A stretch of DNA of 64,000 bases, from contig NC_058368.1 in the NCBI RefSeq assembly GCF_018350175.1, positions 225,000,001 through 225,064,000 of the forward strand, given 5' to 3'. The position numbers and the translations under genes are program-made. Below, in pieces: positions 50,866 through 64,000 of the stretch. Under the pieces are notes generated by a model. That model did no database searches and was not told the origin of the DNA. It was given only the letters and a program-made list of their open reading frames with translations. Every line of letters starts with the position of its first letter. Positions within the stretch are counted from its first letter, which is position 1. This DNA comes from Felis catus (taxonomy: Eukaryota).

Positions 50866-51659
50866 ATAAATTATAGTCTTACTGTAATTTACCTTGATCC
50901 AAAAAACAGAACGGATAGCGAGGAATTAGGTGTGCCTAGGCGGGAATGAGATTTAATATACAGCCTACCATACTGTGGCTGCGCACTGAATGTTTATTAA
51001 ATAATAAATGGGACAGTTATGTATGAAGTCTGGGAGTAGTCCTACACCTAACAGAAAAGGAGAATACGTCTGAAAAAAAATACCGCAGGAGAAAAAATTA
51101 GTAAGAGAATATCTTCTCAGTGTTCTCACTAAGATGCAAGAATAGATGTGTTATATAAAACTGAAGTGGGAATTCATAGAAGAAAATATGTTGAGATGAA
51201 CACAAAGATGAAGAGGAAGCTGGTTAAAGAACTCAAAATGCAATCACAAAATGTAGGTCTACTTTCAAGGCAATAAGGCACAGAAAGGGGATGTATCCGA
51301 TCACAGAATTCTGCATTTTGTGATTACCGTTGAGGTTGATCCTTTTCTTCCTAAGTGAACATTTCCTTCTAGTTTCCCAAAGATTAATATGGACTCAGAA
51401 AAGCTTAAAGTGGGTGCCTGCCATATGCCAGACACAGGAATAAGGAACTCTCCGTCATTGTATCGTTGAGTTGCGACAACCAGATGAATTCTGGAGGGTG
51501 TTTTCTCCATTGACCGAATCACAACGTGAGAGCTGAGGGGTGTTCAGAGAATTGTCACAAAGCAAGTGTACTACTTAGAGTGGTGCTCACTGCTCCAAAA
51601 AAAAAAAAAAAAAAACAAAAAAGGACTCAAAACCCCTTTGATGCATATTAAAAACCATT

Positions 51660-52097
51660 TTATATTCTCCCATGCTTTTGTAAGTTGACTGGCAGGTTCC
51701 CCTGCCTCCCATGATCATTACTGAGGCTACAATTGTCTGAGGACTTGACTGAGCTGGCACTTTCACCTGCTGAAAATTTGCCCTGGCTCTTGCGTGGGAG
51801 GTGAGCTGACGCTCTCAACCAGAAAGACACAGTTCTTCTCCTTGTGGAGTCTCTATGCTGCACGAGCTTCTCCCAGTAGGGCACCTGGGTCCCAAGTAAC
51901 AGAAAGTGAAAGGTGCTAGACCTCTCGCAGCCTGAGCTAGAACATCTTTTCCATTGCATTCTGTAATTCAAAGCCAGCCGAGACTAACACAGATTCAAGA
52001 GAGGACAGATAAAGTCTACCTCTTGAGATAAGGAGTGACAAACGTGTACCAAGAACAAAGAAATTATTGGTGGCCATCTTTGGAGAGAACTATCACA
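51660..52097 (-). mobile_element. MaLR LTR (MLT1 family)
   Basis: CAGATTCAAGAGAGG...CTACCTCTTGA...GGCCATCTTTGGA resembles MLT1F/G in antisense. Confidence 0.55.
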
Positions 52098-53087
52098 CAA
52101 TAATCCATAATACTATATAAGCAAGAAATAAACATAATACAAATTCCCACTTAAATGACAATCCGAAGTGAAGGGTTCCTGGCCATCAGGCAGCTCCCCT
52201 CCGTGCAATAATTCAGACACCAAAGCCGATCACAATTGACAGGCTCACAATCATTTTTACCGAACAAAAGGAGAGGAAAAAAAGACATGGAGAAGGCACC
52301 CCACTGCTTAAAAGCCTCAGAGGAAGTGATATACATCACTTCCAATGACTACCCATAATCAGGAAGCACGTAACCATAACCAAATACGGTCAGGGTTAGG
52401 AAATACTCTTAGTCACTGACCAGAGAGCCATTCCATACATTTTGCTTTCCTCCCCTCAACAAACCAGCCTGGCTGATCATCTTTGCCAACACGAGTGAGG
52501 GCAAAAGCCTCAGCCAGAGCCTAGATCTACATCCTTCTAGAACATTCTCTCTCCATTATGCCTAGAAGAAAGAGGGATGCCTACTGTAAAAGACTTTGAG
52601 GGAAGAGAACAGATAAGCTAAGTAAAAAATACACTATCATAATTATCGCAGTTATGATATACATTAGGTACTATGGGGGAAGAATCTGGCATTAAAAAAA
52701 AAATAGACAGTGGCTGAAATGAGGTTAGAGAAATAAGAAGGCAGATGGGGAAAAGACATTATATGTGATCGTGGAAAACCATGGAAAGATTTTAATAAAA
52801 GAATGACACGACAAGACTGCAGAAATATCACCCTGTCCACATTATCCAACATAGAGATTGAACAATGGGTCCTCAATAATACCTTAAATTCTTTTATCAG
52901 AACAAAGTCATGTATCCAGGGGATAAGATCTTCTCATGAAAAGGATTTAAATTATCTCTAGTGTTGACATCTTGTATATCATTTCCATGTCTCTTAGAAC
53001 CTGTCTCTGTTATTCTTTCCGGTAGAGACATCATTCTTCTTAGTAGAAAAGGCAGAAGAAAATCAGACTTGAAAAGTGTTTTTGTGC

Positions 53088-53123
<36 letters not shown>

Positions 53124-53324
53124 TTATGAAAAGACAGCTTGTTCTTTTTGTTTCAGACATAGCTTTCTATATCTTTTTAAATATCCGTCGCATTTTTTAA
53201 CATTAATTCGAACTGAAAGGACCAAGTTAGGTATCACAAAGCACTTGAGGTAGGTTTGGAAGAAGAAGCTAATGGGCTGATAAGGAATGAAGGGCACACA
53301 ACCATCAAATTCCACGTCATCTCT

Positions 53325-53548
53325 GGGGCGCCTGGGTGGCTCAGTCGGTTAAGCATCCGACTTCGGCTCAGGTCATGATCTCGCGGTCTGTGAGTTCAAG
53401 CCCCGCGTCAGGCTCTGTGCTGACAGCTCAGAGCCTGGAGCCTGTTTCAGATTCTGTGTCTCCCTCTCTCTCTGACCCTCCCCCCCGTTCATGCTCTGTC
53501 TCTCTCTGTCTCAAAAATAAATAAACGTTAAAAAAATTAAAAAAAAAA
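53325..53548 (+). mobile_element. Young-looking CAN-SINE
   Basis: Perfect 18-bp TSD AAATTCCACGTCATCTCT (53307-53324, 53549-53566) and several intact CpGs. Confidence 0.97.
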
Positions 53549-53577
53549 AAATTCCACGTCATCTCTTTGGAAAGAGT

Positions 53578-53726
53578 GGGGAAGTTAATTATGGGAGGCA
53601 ATGGGGATGAAACTAACCTTATCATGGTAGTCATTTCACAGTATATACATGTATCAAATCATCACTTTGCATACCTTACACCTACATATTTTACACGTCA
53701 ATGATACCTCAATAAAGCTGAAAAAA
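53578..53726 (+). mobile_element. L1 3' terminal fragment
   Basis: ATATACATGTATCAAATCATCAC...TACCTCAATAAAGCTGAAAAAA. Confidence 0.75.
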
Positions 53727-53832
53727 TGCAGAAGCGCTAAAGACTTTGTGGAGATTCATCTTATCCAAGCTGTGTTTTAAGAAGGTAACTGGAGTATGAT
53801 TTGGAAAAATATGAGAATTAAAATGAAAATAC

Positions 53833-54187
53833 TGTCTTAGTCGTTTGGGTGCTATAACAGAATACAATAGAGTGGGTGGCTTATAAACAAAAACAATTTA
53901 TTTCTCCTGTTTGTGGAAGGAAGGCCAAGATCAAGACTCTGACAGATTCAGTCTCTAGTGAGAGCCCACTTCGTGGTTCATAAATGGCATCTTCTCACTG
54001 CCTTGTCACATGGTGGAAAGGGTGACGTAGCTCTCAGAAGCTACTTTTACAAGGATATGAATCCAATTTATGAGGGTTCTGGCCTCATGATGTAATCACT
54101 CCCTCATGATGTAATCACCTCCTAATACACTGAGAAGTGGATTTTGACACAACCTAATTAGGGAGACACAAACATCGGTAGTAGGCA
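53833..54187 (-). mobile_element. MaLR solo LTR (MLT1A-like)
   Basis: TGTCTTAGTC...GCTATAACAGAATAC...GGTGGCTTATAAACA...GGGAGACACAAACAT. Internal 19-bp tandem duplication CCTCATGATGTAATCAC near 54083-54118. Confidence 0.85.
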
Positions 54188-54670
54188 CATAGACCGCCCA
54201 GTGACGAATTTATTAGTTATGTAGATCAGAGATACTCAAGAAGGGCTGGACGAAGCAGTGGCAGAGAAAAAGAGTGAGAAAAATCTGATCACTACAAAAG
54301 TTGGGGAAATGGAAATCAACAGTGGGGTTTCCACTCAACGAAACTCAAAGAACGGTGAGGCCGGGAATCCCGATAGACACGCTTGCGTTAGGAAGGTTTA
54401 GGACGCAACTGCTCTTAGCTATTTGAAATAGAGGCTTCGACACGGTATCAGTATAAAATATCAAGAAAAGGTTACAAATTCACAACTGGTGACCACAAAA
54501 GAGATTATGGTTACAGACATTTGAGAACGGGAATAGCTGGTCCTGGCTACCGATAGTAGTTTCCTAGCTACTGATTCCTAGAAACTGGGTTTCGGCACTA
54601 CCTTCTAAGCACGAGTTAATAAAATTTCCCACATACATGGAATTTATCTGCTTGAGATTTTAGGTATAGG

Positions 54671-54675
<5 letters not shown>

Positions 54676-54710
<35 letters not shown>
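54676..54710. repeat. (GT)n microsatellite
   Basis: Directly visible. Similar tracts at about 27788-27810, 42649-42687 and 53090-53119. Confidence 0.95.
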
Positions 54711-54712
<2 letters not shown>

Positions 54713-55822
54713 ATGAGTCTAGGTTGGTGAATGTGTAGGCATGCACATACACACACATACACATTTGCATTCCTGGCTGATGTAAGAAAAGAAACTAATC
54801 AGAAATAAAGACTGTAAAAATTATTGACTCAAAACTTTCCAACTTACTGGTTTAGTACCCCGGAACCCTCAGCACAATAACAGCCGAATTGTTCACAGCA
54901 AGGGGTATATTTTATTTCACAGTAAAAATTACCACCTAACAATTTTTTTCTAGTGCTATCGTTTGACATTTACTTGTGCTCCCAAGGATTACCGCACAGC
55001 AGAAAAAGCACGTAGTTAACTTTTTCTATCCCACAGTCACAAATTCCTACAGATCAAAGCTCTGACTACTGAGTGAAAAGTAACATTTGGACATGATCAT
55101 AAAACTAAACTCCTGTAACCTCTTATGAAATTTGAAGTTAATAAAAGTCACATGAAATAATCCCCTGCATATAGAAACCTGCTGATTTACATTTTAATGA
55201 AAATGGAGAGCAATACTTAGAAAAAATAAACTTTTAAAAGCCTATGAAAATAAATTCACTTCAGAACCCAGGTCTGGAGTTCTGAAAGTTCTTCTGGTCT
55301 TTGAAAACACACACCCTCAGAAATTCTTCTGAGACCTAGAATTCGTAGACATACTTCGTTCTTCCTATCCCTACCCCTTATCTCTCTTTTTTTAATCCTA
55401 ATTTACAACATTTGTCAAGCCCAGATAGGATGAAAGTAATGTAAACAGGCAGCTCTGGGCAGATTTTGTCGTAAAAATAGAAACTAAAGGCTTGGAGCTG
55501 TATCTGAATCTCGTTTGCTTGGCAGTGATGTAGATGTTCAGACAGGACAAACTTTCACTGGAAGGTATGGCTATAAATAAAAATGTTCCAAAGAGAAAGT
55601 AACAAAATGGCATCTCTTCCCCTGTGAGCCACCAGTGGGCCTGGATCCGTTCCTCCTCTCTGTCAATCAGACTCAAGTTGGGCTTCCGAATCGCTAGATG
55701 AAAGACATTTAATAAGTCCTAGTTATAACCTGGAGCAAATCCCCTCACTATTAAGATGAACTGACCCATTTTGTAAGTAATCAGGAATTTAAGGAATTTA
55801 ATTTAAAAGTAGAGGAATTTAA

Positions 55823-56036
55823 TTTTTTTTTTGAATGTTTATTTATTCCCAACAGAAAGAGAGACAGAGCGCGACCAGGGGAGGAGCAGAGAGAGAGGGA
55901 GGCACAGAATCCGAAGCAGGCTCCGGGCTCTGAGCTGTCAGCACAGAGCCCCACACGGGGCTTGAACTCACAAACTGCGAGATCATGACCTGAGCGGAAG
56001 ACAGCAGCTTAACCAACTGAGCTACCCAGGGATCCC
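55823..56036 (-). mobile_element. CAN-SINE
   Basis: Canonical body on -. Confidence 0.93.
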
Positions 56037-56093
56037 CCCCCCTTTTTTTTGTAATGTTTGTTCTTCAAAAGTGAAGGAATTGAAAGGTAATTC

Positions 56094-56295
56094 ATTTTTT
56101 TTAATTCATTTATTCAGTTGGAGAGAGAACAAGAATACAAGTGGGGGAGGGGCAGAGAGAAAGGGGGAGAAAAACTCCCAAGCAGGCTCCACACCATCAG
56201 CCCAAAGCCTGATGCAGGTCTCGAAGCCACGAACTGTGAGATCATGACCTGAGCCAAAGTCTGATGCTCAATCAACTGAGCCACCTAGGTGCCCC
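56094..56295 (-). mobile_element. CAN-SINE
   Basis: Canonical body on -. Confidence 0.92.
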
Positions 56296-57314
56296 AAAAG
56301 CCAATTCAGTCAGTAGTTGGTGCAATGAAGGACTTGAGGATCAAAAAAGAACCTTCTATTGGCCCAGGACCCATGTCTGTCAACTCTAGCTCACACGTTA
56401 CCAGCCTCTAGCACCTTGGCCTCCTCCCCTATGGCAATAATCATTTCAACCCATTTTTATTGGGATAAAAAATCTCTTAGATAACTTATCTGCCAAGTGA
56501 CTTTTAGGGGCATCCTTGGCTAAACGAAGTTCTAAATCATGAAGAATGAATAACATTTTCCCTCTTTCTGGGGAAGAAGACCCTTCTTTTCAACTGAAAA
56601 TGTACGTGATCCATACTTTTTAAGAACTAGAAAGCTGAACAATGACGGACGGTGACAGAAGAAAGGAGAAGTGATATCAGAGGTTGATGGCAGATTAAAG
56701 CAGCAGAGTCAGGATGTGACCCCAAACTCCCATTATCTAGATAAACAGCACATTGAACTAGCCGGGTGCGGATGAGGAAGTTGACTGAGAAAGAGACACC
56801 CTGCTTTGGCTTTCAGCCTGGGAGCTCTGGTGCAAGCGATCGGAAACCAGCCTCCTCACCCGAAGCTGCCTTCCCAGCCTTGCAAAAGGCACGGTCCCCT
56901 CCACCCCTTTTATGAGAATTAACATCTCCTGTCCTTTGTTTAAATACAGAAATATGTGCAAATATAGGTCCTTCTTCATTTTAGGAATATAAATAACGTA
57001 CTTAATGGAATGCTTCAAACTATGCACACTACACTCAGATAGTGTTCTTCGCCCTTCTATGAAGGTCTTCTAATATTGAGAGGTCAGTGGGTGTGGCCTT
57101 CCAGATGATTGCAGGTGCTAATTTAAGGGGCTGCAATGCCACTTCAAGTTACCAGGAAAGCTAGATTGGATGCAAATTGTCAACCATAGGTTCTGACTGG
57201 GGAGCCAGCCCCACAGACCCTGATTTCCCGGCCACACGGCTGACAGAATTCCCATCTCACCAAAAAACAAATCAGATGCCATCACATACCCACTTTTACA
57301 TTTTCTCTGATATG

Positions 57315-57533
57315 TATTTATTTATTTTGAGAGAGACTGAGAGAGCGTGAGCAGGAGAAGGGCAGAGACAGAGGAAGAGAGAGAAACCCTAACAGGCTCC
57401 ACGCTGTCAGCGCTGAAGGCCAATGCGGGGCTCAATCTCGCAAACAGTGAGATCATGACTTGAGCTGAAATCAAGAGTCGAACCATTAACCGACTGAGCC
57501 ACCCAGGCACTCCAACTTTTATGTTTGTTTGTT
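57315..57533 (-). mobile_element. CAN-SINE
   Basis: Ends CCGACTGAGCCACCCAGGCACTCC. Confidence 0.92.
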
Positions 57534-58620
57534 TTTTTTAATAGAAGTATAGTTGACATGTAATATTATATTAGTTTCAGGTACACAACACAGTGATTTG
57601 ACAATTGTATCCGTTACGATATACTCACCACAACAATTTTGGTTATTATCTGTCACCAGAAAGCTATTACGATATTATTGAGTATATTTCTTATGCTGTG
57701 CTTTCCATCCCCGTAACTTATTTACCTTAGAACTGGAAGTCTTTAGAGCTCAATCGCCTTCATCTATTTTGACTTGCCCCTCTGGCAACCACGAGTTTGT
57801 CTTTAAATTTATGAGTCTGTTTCTCCTACTGTTGTTTGTTTTGTTTGGCTTTTGCTTTTCAGATTCCACATATCAGTGAAATCATACGGTACTTGTTGTT
57901 CTCTGATTTATTTCACTTAGCATAACTCCCTCTAGGTTCATCCATGTGGTCACAAATGGCAGGATTTCATTCTTTTTTAGGGCTGAGTAATATTCCATTG
58001 CCACATTTCTTTCTTTTGTTTTGTTTTTGCTTTTTTGTTTTCCTTTCTTATTGAAGGTAGTGGACACATCATGTTACGTTAGTTTCTTTTTTTTTTTCAA
58101 CATTTATTTATTTTGGGGGCAGAGAGAGACAGAGCATGAATGAGGGAGGGGCAGAGAGAGAGGGGGAGACACAGAATCAGAAGCAGGCTCCAGGCTCTGA
58201 GCCATCAGCCCAGAGCCCGACGCAGGGCTCGAACTCCCGGACCGCGAGATCGTGACCTGGCTGAGGTCGGACGCTTAACTGACTGTGCCACCCAGGCGCC
58301 CCCATGTTATGTTAGTTTCTGATGTGCACAAGAGTGATCTGACAAGTCTATATGTTATGCTACACTCACAACAAGTGTAGCCACCATCCGTGACCACACA
58401 ACGCTGTTACAGTACCATGGACTATGTTCCCTCTGCCATGTCTTTTATCCCCATGACATACTCATTCCATAACTGGAATCCTGTATCTCCCCCTTCCCCT
58501 TCATCCAATTTGCCCATCCCCCTACGCCCTTCCCCTCTGGTAACCATCAGTTGGTTCTCTTATACCACATCCTCTTTATGTGTTTATCTCTTGATGGATA
58601 TTTAGGCGGCTTCCGTACCT
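57525..58620 (-). mobile_element. Two carnivore L1 3'-end fragments, the second interrupted by a SINE
   Basis: GAAGTATAGTTGACAT...TTAGTTTCAGGT...CTAGGTTCATCCATGT; a second 3' end starts near 58050. Confidence 0.8.
58087..58303 (-). mobile_element. CAN-SINE nested in L1
   Basis: TSD ATGTTA(C/T)GTTAGTTTCT. Confidence 0.95.
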
Positions 58621-59034
58621 ACCCACTTTTACGTCTCCATCTCCTTCCTGTTGCCTTAAGGACGAATTCCAAACTTGGCATTCCATATGCAGTTCTTCAC
58701 AGTTGACCCCAACTTGCCATTTCCACCTCACCTCCCAAAAGTCCCATCTTTCTCACAAAATCTCGGCTCCAACTAAAATGACCCTCCCCTTCCCTTCATA
58801 ACTTCACCTGTCCTATCATCGCTACTGGGAATAAAATAGACTTCTTCACTCCTTGTGGCAGAACACGCACTCCTTTGTCATGTCCCTGCTCAGAGTTCGT
58901 ATCTTTCATCGAGACCGCCCCAATGACTCTCAGCAAAAATAGTTAGTCTATCCTCTACTCCCACGATATCTTTCTATAGCATAGTTACAAAGCTCAAACT
59001 GGATTTACATATCCTAACGTTCAGAGTCTAGAAT

Positions 59035-59480
59035 TTCTCCATTTACCATGTACAAAGCATTGTGCTGGATACAAAAGGAATACCAGGATAAGAAAGACAC
59101 AATTCCTGTTCTTAAGATGCCAAAAGGCTGGTACATAAGGCGCTATTAATTGTAGGCATAATAAGAATCCCCCAAAATGTAATCAATACATTATTGGAGT
59201 CCAGTGATGAATAAAATTATATCTTACTGTAATCATATAAAACTTACAAGAAGACCTTCAATTTGAGGTGAGCCAGGAAGCTTAAGTAAAACTAGTCAAG
59301 GAGAATTGGGTTAAGGGAGAGGAGGAAACGTGTCTGGGAAAAGTAGACGAGGGGGAAGATAAGGCAGAAAACTTTCTGAGGTCTTCCTCGACCGTGGTCG
59401 TGCAGTCTTAAGAAATTTGTCTCATTTCCATAGCATCCAGAAACCTTTAAAAGCTTTGAAGCAAGGAAATCTCAGGATCA
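59035..59480 (-). mobile_element. L2 fragment
   Basis: TTTACCATGTACAAAGCATTGTGCTGGATAC...AAGACACAATTCCTGTTCTTAAG, L2 3' end in antisense. Confidence 0.55.
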
Positions 59481-61347
59481 GAGCCTCCCTAAATTTAGGA
59501 AAAAGTCCCTGTGAAACTTTCAGGGATTAAGAAACTATCTGTGCCAACTTTCAAAGGCAGAAGACATATTACGAGCACTGATTTATATTGTTTGATTCAA
59601 ACTAGTTTGTAGCTAACAAGAATAATTATCCCCAAATGATTCCACAAGCTGATTCAGCAGAGGTAATATTAAGTACAAAATTAAAAACTTTAATTGTACT
59701 CTTTGGCCCTTAAAAGTAGATAAAATAACATATGTGCATGTTTGAATTAAGATAAACAGAGAAAGAGGCTGTTGAGATGTCGGCGTAATTAAAAAACTGG
59801 TTAAGTAAAACGAATTAATCAAACCAATTAACACTAAGTTATTGAAGCGACTGGTACTATGAAACTTTTGTTTTTAAGATTTTGTTTTGTTTTCTTTTCT
59901 TTTCAACCGGAAATCATGGTTAGGGAGTCTCTTCAAGCTCGTGGTGTTAGAAAGACAGTCAAATGCAAAACAAATATACCTCCAAATTTCTGCTTTAACT
60001 ATTACACCCTTAAGTTAAATACTGATATTCAAAATAATGATTCCAAATAATATTTCCGTACGTTTTATTATGCAGAAGTTAACATGGCAATTTGTTCTAA
60101 TACATCTTAAAAAAAATTCTCTGCTCAGAAGGGCAAAGTAATGACTTTTGAATCCAATGGGAAAGCGAATCTGCAGCTAGAAAAACAAAGATTAGGCAGA
60201 TGGACTTTATCAAAAAAGAAATAGAGGCCTGAAAGGATGATGAAGACTTCTCTGTAAACAGGAAACACTTTAATTTTGCAACTCTTAAACCGATAATTTT
60301 ACCATTACCCAGTAACATGCATTTAGTCACAGGGCTATGGAAAATGATTTTTTTCATTCAATTAATTGCACTTCCAGCCTTGACCAGCCTATTTTTAACA
60401 GTAACCCCAGCTGCTTATGTTCATGATCAATCTAGAAATAAACCTAGTGCTATATCAGCTCTTTGAGTTATAAATACTGGCTCCTGCTATCTACAAGGGA
60501 AAAGTAATTGTATTAAATCATTGCCGCTAAAGAGGACAAGCCTAAAAATTCGACTCATTTTCCCCCTGAACTCCAGGAACACCTGTCAATCCTAACCCAG
60601 GATTAAACTAGAAAACTTAGAAGTTAGCAAAAAATGTATGACTTCACCTCCACTGAATTTCCTCTGGTTAAGAAGGAAGAGTGACCGTTAAGGGAAATAA
60701 CCATTTACCTCCTAAAGGCATGACTTCGCAGCCATTAACTCAGCATGTCAGTAACTGGGGAAAACGTTTGTAGAAAGTTACCTAAGGAGATCTATGTATG
60801 CATTCACATTTAGACACATAAAAACCGTAGAGACAGGCACCGAACCACATACCCAGAAATTTAAAGAAGTCACGCACAACTAAAATGGCCGAAAATACAG
60901 AATTTAATAGTGTGACTGTAAGTTTTGTTAGAACAACATTAGTTGGATCTATCATACCAAGATCCCCATCAAAACGATTTCCAAGTGGAAACATGGAAAT
61001 CATGAAATCATGTAGACGCAGCAAGATGACTGAGAACCAAATGAAAAGTACTGAGTGTAATATGCACACAGCACTAAGAAAGCCTATCTTCAATGATCAA
61101 TAATATGAATATTATTACAATGAATATTACAGTGTGGTTCTGGTGTTTTTGACCTCTTCCCCAACAATGTCAAGGTCTTCACCTGGAACGAGAGAGTGTC
61201 ATCTCGGTGAGATCTTTCCACAGAGCCCGCCAGCTCTCTATTTCATTGCTTGTTTGTATATCCTTCTCTCCTTCACACCAAATTGATCACTTCTTTCTAT
61301 TTAACCAATATACCAAATGCATGCTGTTATTATCTGTCAGAATCCAA

Positions 61348-61572
61348 TTTTTTTTTATTTTTTTTTAATGTTTATTTATCTTTGAGACAGAGACAGACAG
61401 AGCATTAACGGGGGAGGGTCAGAGAGAGAGAAGGAGACACAGAATCGGAAGCGGGCTCCAGGCTCTGAGCTGCCAGCACAGAGCCCGACGCGGGGCTCGA
61501 ACTCACGAACCATGAGATCATCACCTGAGCCGAAGTCAGAGGCTCAACCGACTGAGCCACCCAGGCGCCCCC
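61348..61572 (-). mobile_element. CAN-SINE
   Basis: TSD AATCCAATTTTT. Confidence 0.95.
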
Positions 61573-63339
61573 AAAATCCAATTTTTAAAGTATATGCCTT
61601 CTGCCTCAACCACTGATGGTGTTTGCTTTCTCTTTCCGTTTCTCTTGACCCTGCCTTTTTTGTTTCTAATTGCAACAATTAGAATATCTGGGCAATACTA
61701 GAACCACGGGAGGTACCACACTCCTGAGTAACTCCCTTGGAATGCAAATGTGTTTTGCTAACGTGTTCTGCCATGACTGTCAAAGAAAGAATTCTGTATT
61801 TTTTTCATAACTTCAGAAGCATAAAATAGATATCCTTTGAGGGTAACTTAAAATATCTTCCCAATGGTCAGAAAACTTTTCATCTCTCATTGTGTCCTAT
61901 CTCAAGTCACAGAAGTGGCTGAAGTTATAACCTAGTCCTTCCTTAGGATGTATTTTCAAAATTCCAAGTCTCCCAGGTGTAGATAGAAGATTGAAATGTT
62001 TTCCTTGGGGAAGGGACTATATTTGTTCCTGTAGCAAATATCTGTTATATAACAAATAGAACATCATCGTCTGTTCCACGCAGATTACCAACACACTTTT
62101 GTTGAACAACGATTACACACTGCAGAAGGTAAGATCTGTGCTCGTAAAAAGCTGGTAACCTGTTTGTAAAGATAAGAAACAAATTCAAAAAAGATAAACA
62201 GTATGAATGCCAAATGAGGAGCATCAAGCTTTATATGTTCAGAGCCCTTGACAAAGTATTCTCATATCCATTATCGTGTTTAATTCACACACGTTAACCT
62301 CAGAAGATAGGCAGCTCCATAATAAAAAAGTTAGCAAGGTCCACAGACGTGAAATTAGTTGCTCGAAGACATAGTTAATAAGCGGCAAAGTTGGAATTAT
62401 TTTTAAGTTCTTTCTTTGCTAAATACAGAGCTCTTTCCACTGTATCTCTCTACCAGTTAGGGTCTAGTGAGGGAAATAGAGACAATGCCAAAAAGCTCCA
62501 CAGAAGGAATTTGACTTGGAGTTACTGATTGCAAGAGCTTAAAGGTCAACTGGAAAAGGTGAGGCATGCCTGAGATTAACAACAGCCAGCATGCCTTTAG
62601 GTCTGGAAGGACATAGTGATGGTGTAATGATGTTGCCACCACCCAGTGGTGTAGCCCAGGGCTGTCTGGAAAGAACTAGACCTAGTGAGAGATGCCTGTT
62701 AGGGCTGAGACGATGATGAATGGGCTTCGTGGAGGAAGCTGGAATCTGAGAAGTCACCACCTGAAGCGTGTGGCAGAGAAGGCAGAGGGAATACAAAGAA
62801 AATAAAACAGTAGAAGCAAAGAATGAAAACCTAGTGAGGTTATTTCCAAGCAGTTAACCTGATACAACACAGAGGGAACATTCTGGGGAAATCGGATCAG
62901 GAGTTCTTAGGACATCTTGGTGATTAAGCCATTCGTACTCAAACTGGTCCTCAGACACCTCTCACCAAAGCTTACACGATTTGAGCTATCTCAGGAATTC
63001 CCTTGCCACTTATGTTTTCCTAAGTGATCTCTTCACTTCTCCTGGATTTAAATTTTATCTTATAAAGGTAATCCTAAATTTCGTACTCCATCCTGATTTC
63101 TCCTCTGGGCACCAGGATCTGGAGGGAGTGACAGTATTTCGAAATAGGAGGAGAAGCGATACTATTCTAGGGATGTGGTGGGGAATTTAAAGTCAAAGAA
63201 GAAAATAAAAACTAGGGCAACAAAACAATTATGGATTCTGGACAGTATAAACGATCTTTCATGGACTTCTAAATGATGCTAAATATTATGAGAAACATTA
63301 AAAGGGGGAGAAAATAATAAATGGAAACCTACATGTTTT

Positions 63340-63990
63340 AGATTGGTCAGAGGGGCAAGGAAGGTCTTTCGGAAATTAAACTGAACCTGAGAGATGAGAA
63401 GGGGCAGATTCCAAAAGAACTCTGTTTGGACAAAGGCAAGAAGAGAGAGTCAGCTGAAAAATAAACATATTTCAGACAGAAATGCCGCACGTATGAAGGC
63501 TCCAAGATGAGAAGTCTCGTGGTAGGCTTACAGGACCAAAATAGGTCCCGTGTTCAAAGAACCCTGTGGCACATGGTGAGGTTGCAGAGATAGGCAGGGG
63601 TGAAATGGTGAGGTTCACCACCATCTCTAAGCCCATTTATAGCTTGGATCTCAATGGCCCTTCACCATCTACCTCAATCTTTCCTCTATGGGTTGATCTT
63701 CTATCATTACACCCACACACCCAATGCTATAACTCTAGATCTTTTCTTCCTCTTGGCTGGAACATTTTCTTCTCTTATCTGCCCTTTCTCTACCTTGTAG
63801 TCTGTCTTTCATCTTTCATGCCCCACACCAAACAGCAAGCAGAGGCAGTTGGTCTGTTCTCTGACGCCTCCAGTATAATACTCTGTTCATACCTCTATTT
63901 TAATACTTGCAGCAACGGATACGCAATTTATCTTCTCTATGCTACTAGACTATGATAGCCTGTAGTCCCTTAACCATACATTATTCATCT
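63340..63990. mobile_element. Oppositely oriented L2 fragments
   Basis: A purine-rich antisense L2-like block (about 63340-63600) abuts a pyrimidine-rich sense block ending CTACTAGACTATG. Confidence 0.45.
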
Positions 63991-64000
63991 TCGTATCCTC

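Noticed and set aside
1..64000. CRISPR arrays, operons or a novel multi-gene system
   Set aside because: Mammalian DNA with no regularly spaced repeat-spacer array and only one intact CDS.

Overview
Mammalian genomic DNA, most likely from a felid or other feliform carnivore, judged by about 26 tRNA-derived CAN-SINEs of the SINEC_Fc type. It looks intergenic or deep-intronic and is dense in repeats: CAN-SINE, L1, L2, MIR, MaLR/ERVL LTRs, and hAT and Tigger DNA transposon fossils. The only convincing protein-coding element is an intact retrocopy of the PA-TM-RING E3 ligase RNF167 with no introns in its CDS (minus strand, 6084-7145, 353 aa). It keeps its polyA signal and sits directly behind a CpG-rich promoter-like block with ETS sites and a perfect TCTCGCGAGA (BANP-type) motif, so it is a candidate functional retrogene. 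A second retroposed sequence is a PSMC3 processed pseudogene fragment (about 42255-42720) that appears to jump from mid-CDS to the 3'UTR and a decayed tail. No spliced host-gene coding exons, RNA genes or prokaryote-type systems could be supported. Gene and repeat names come from recalled sequences, not database searches, and repeat boundaries are approximate.
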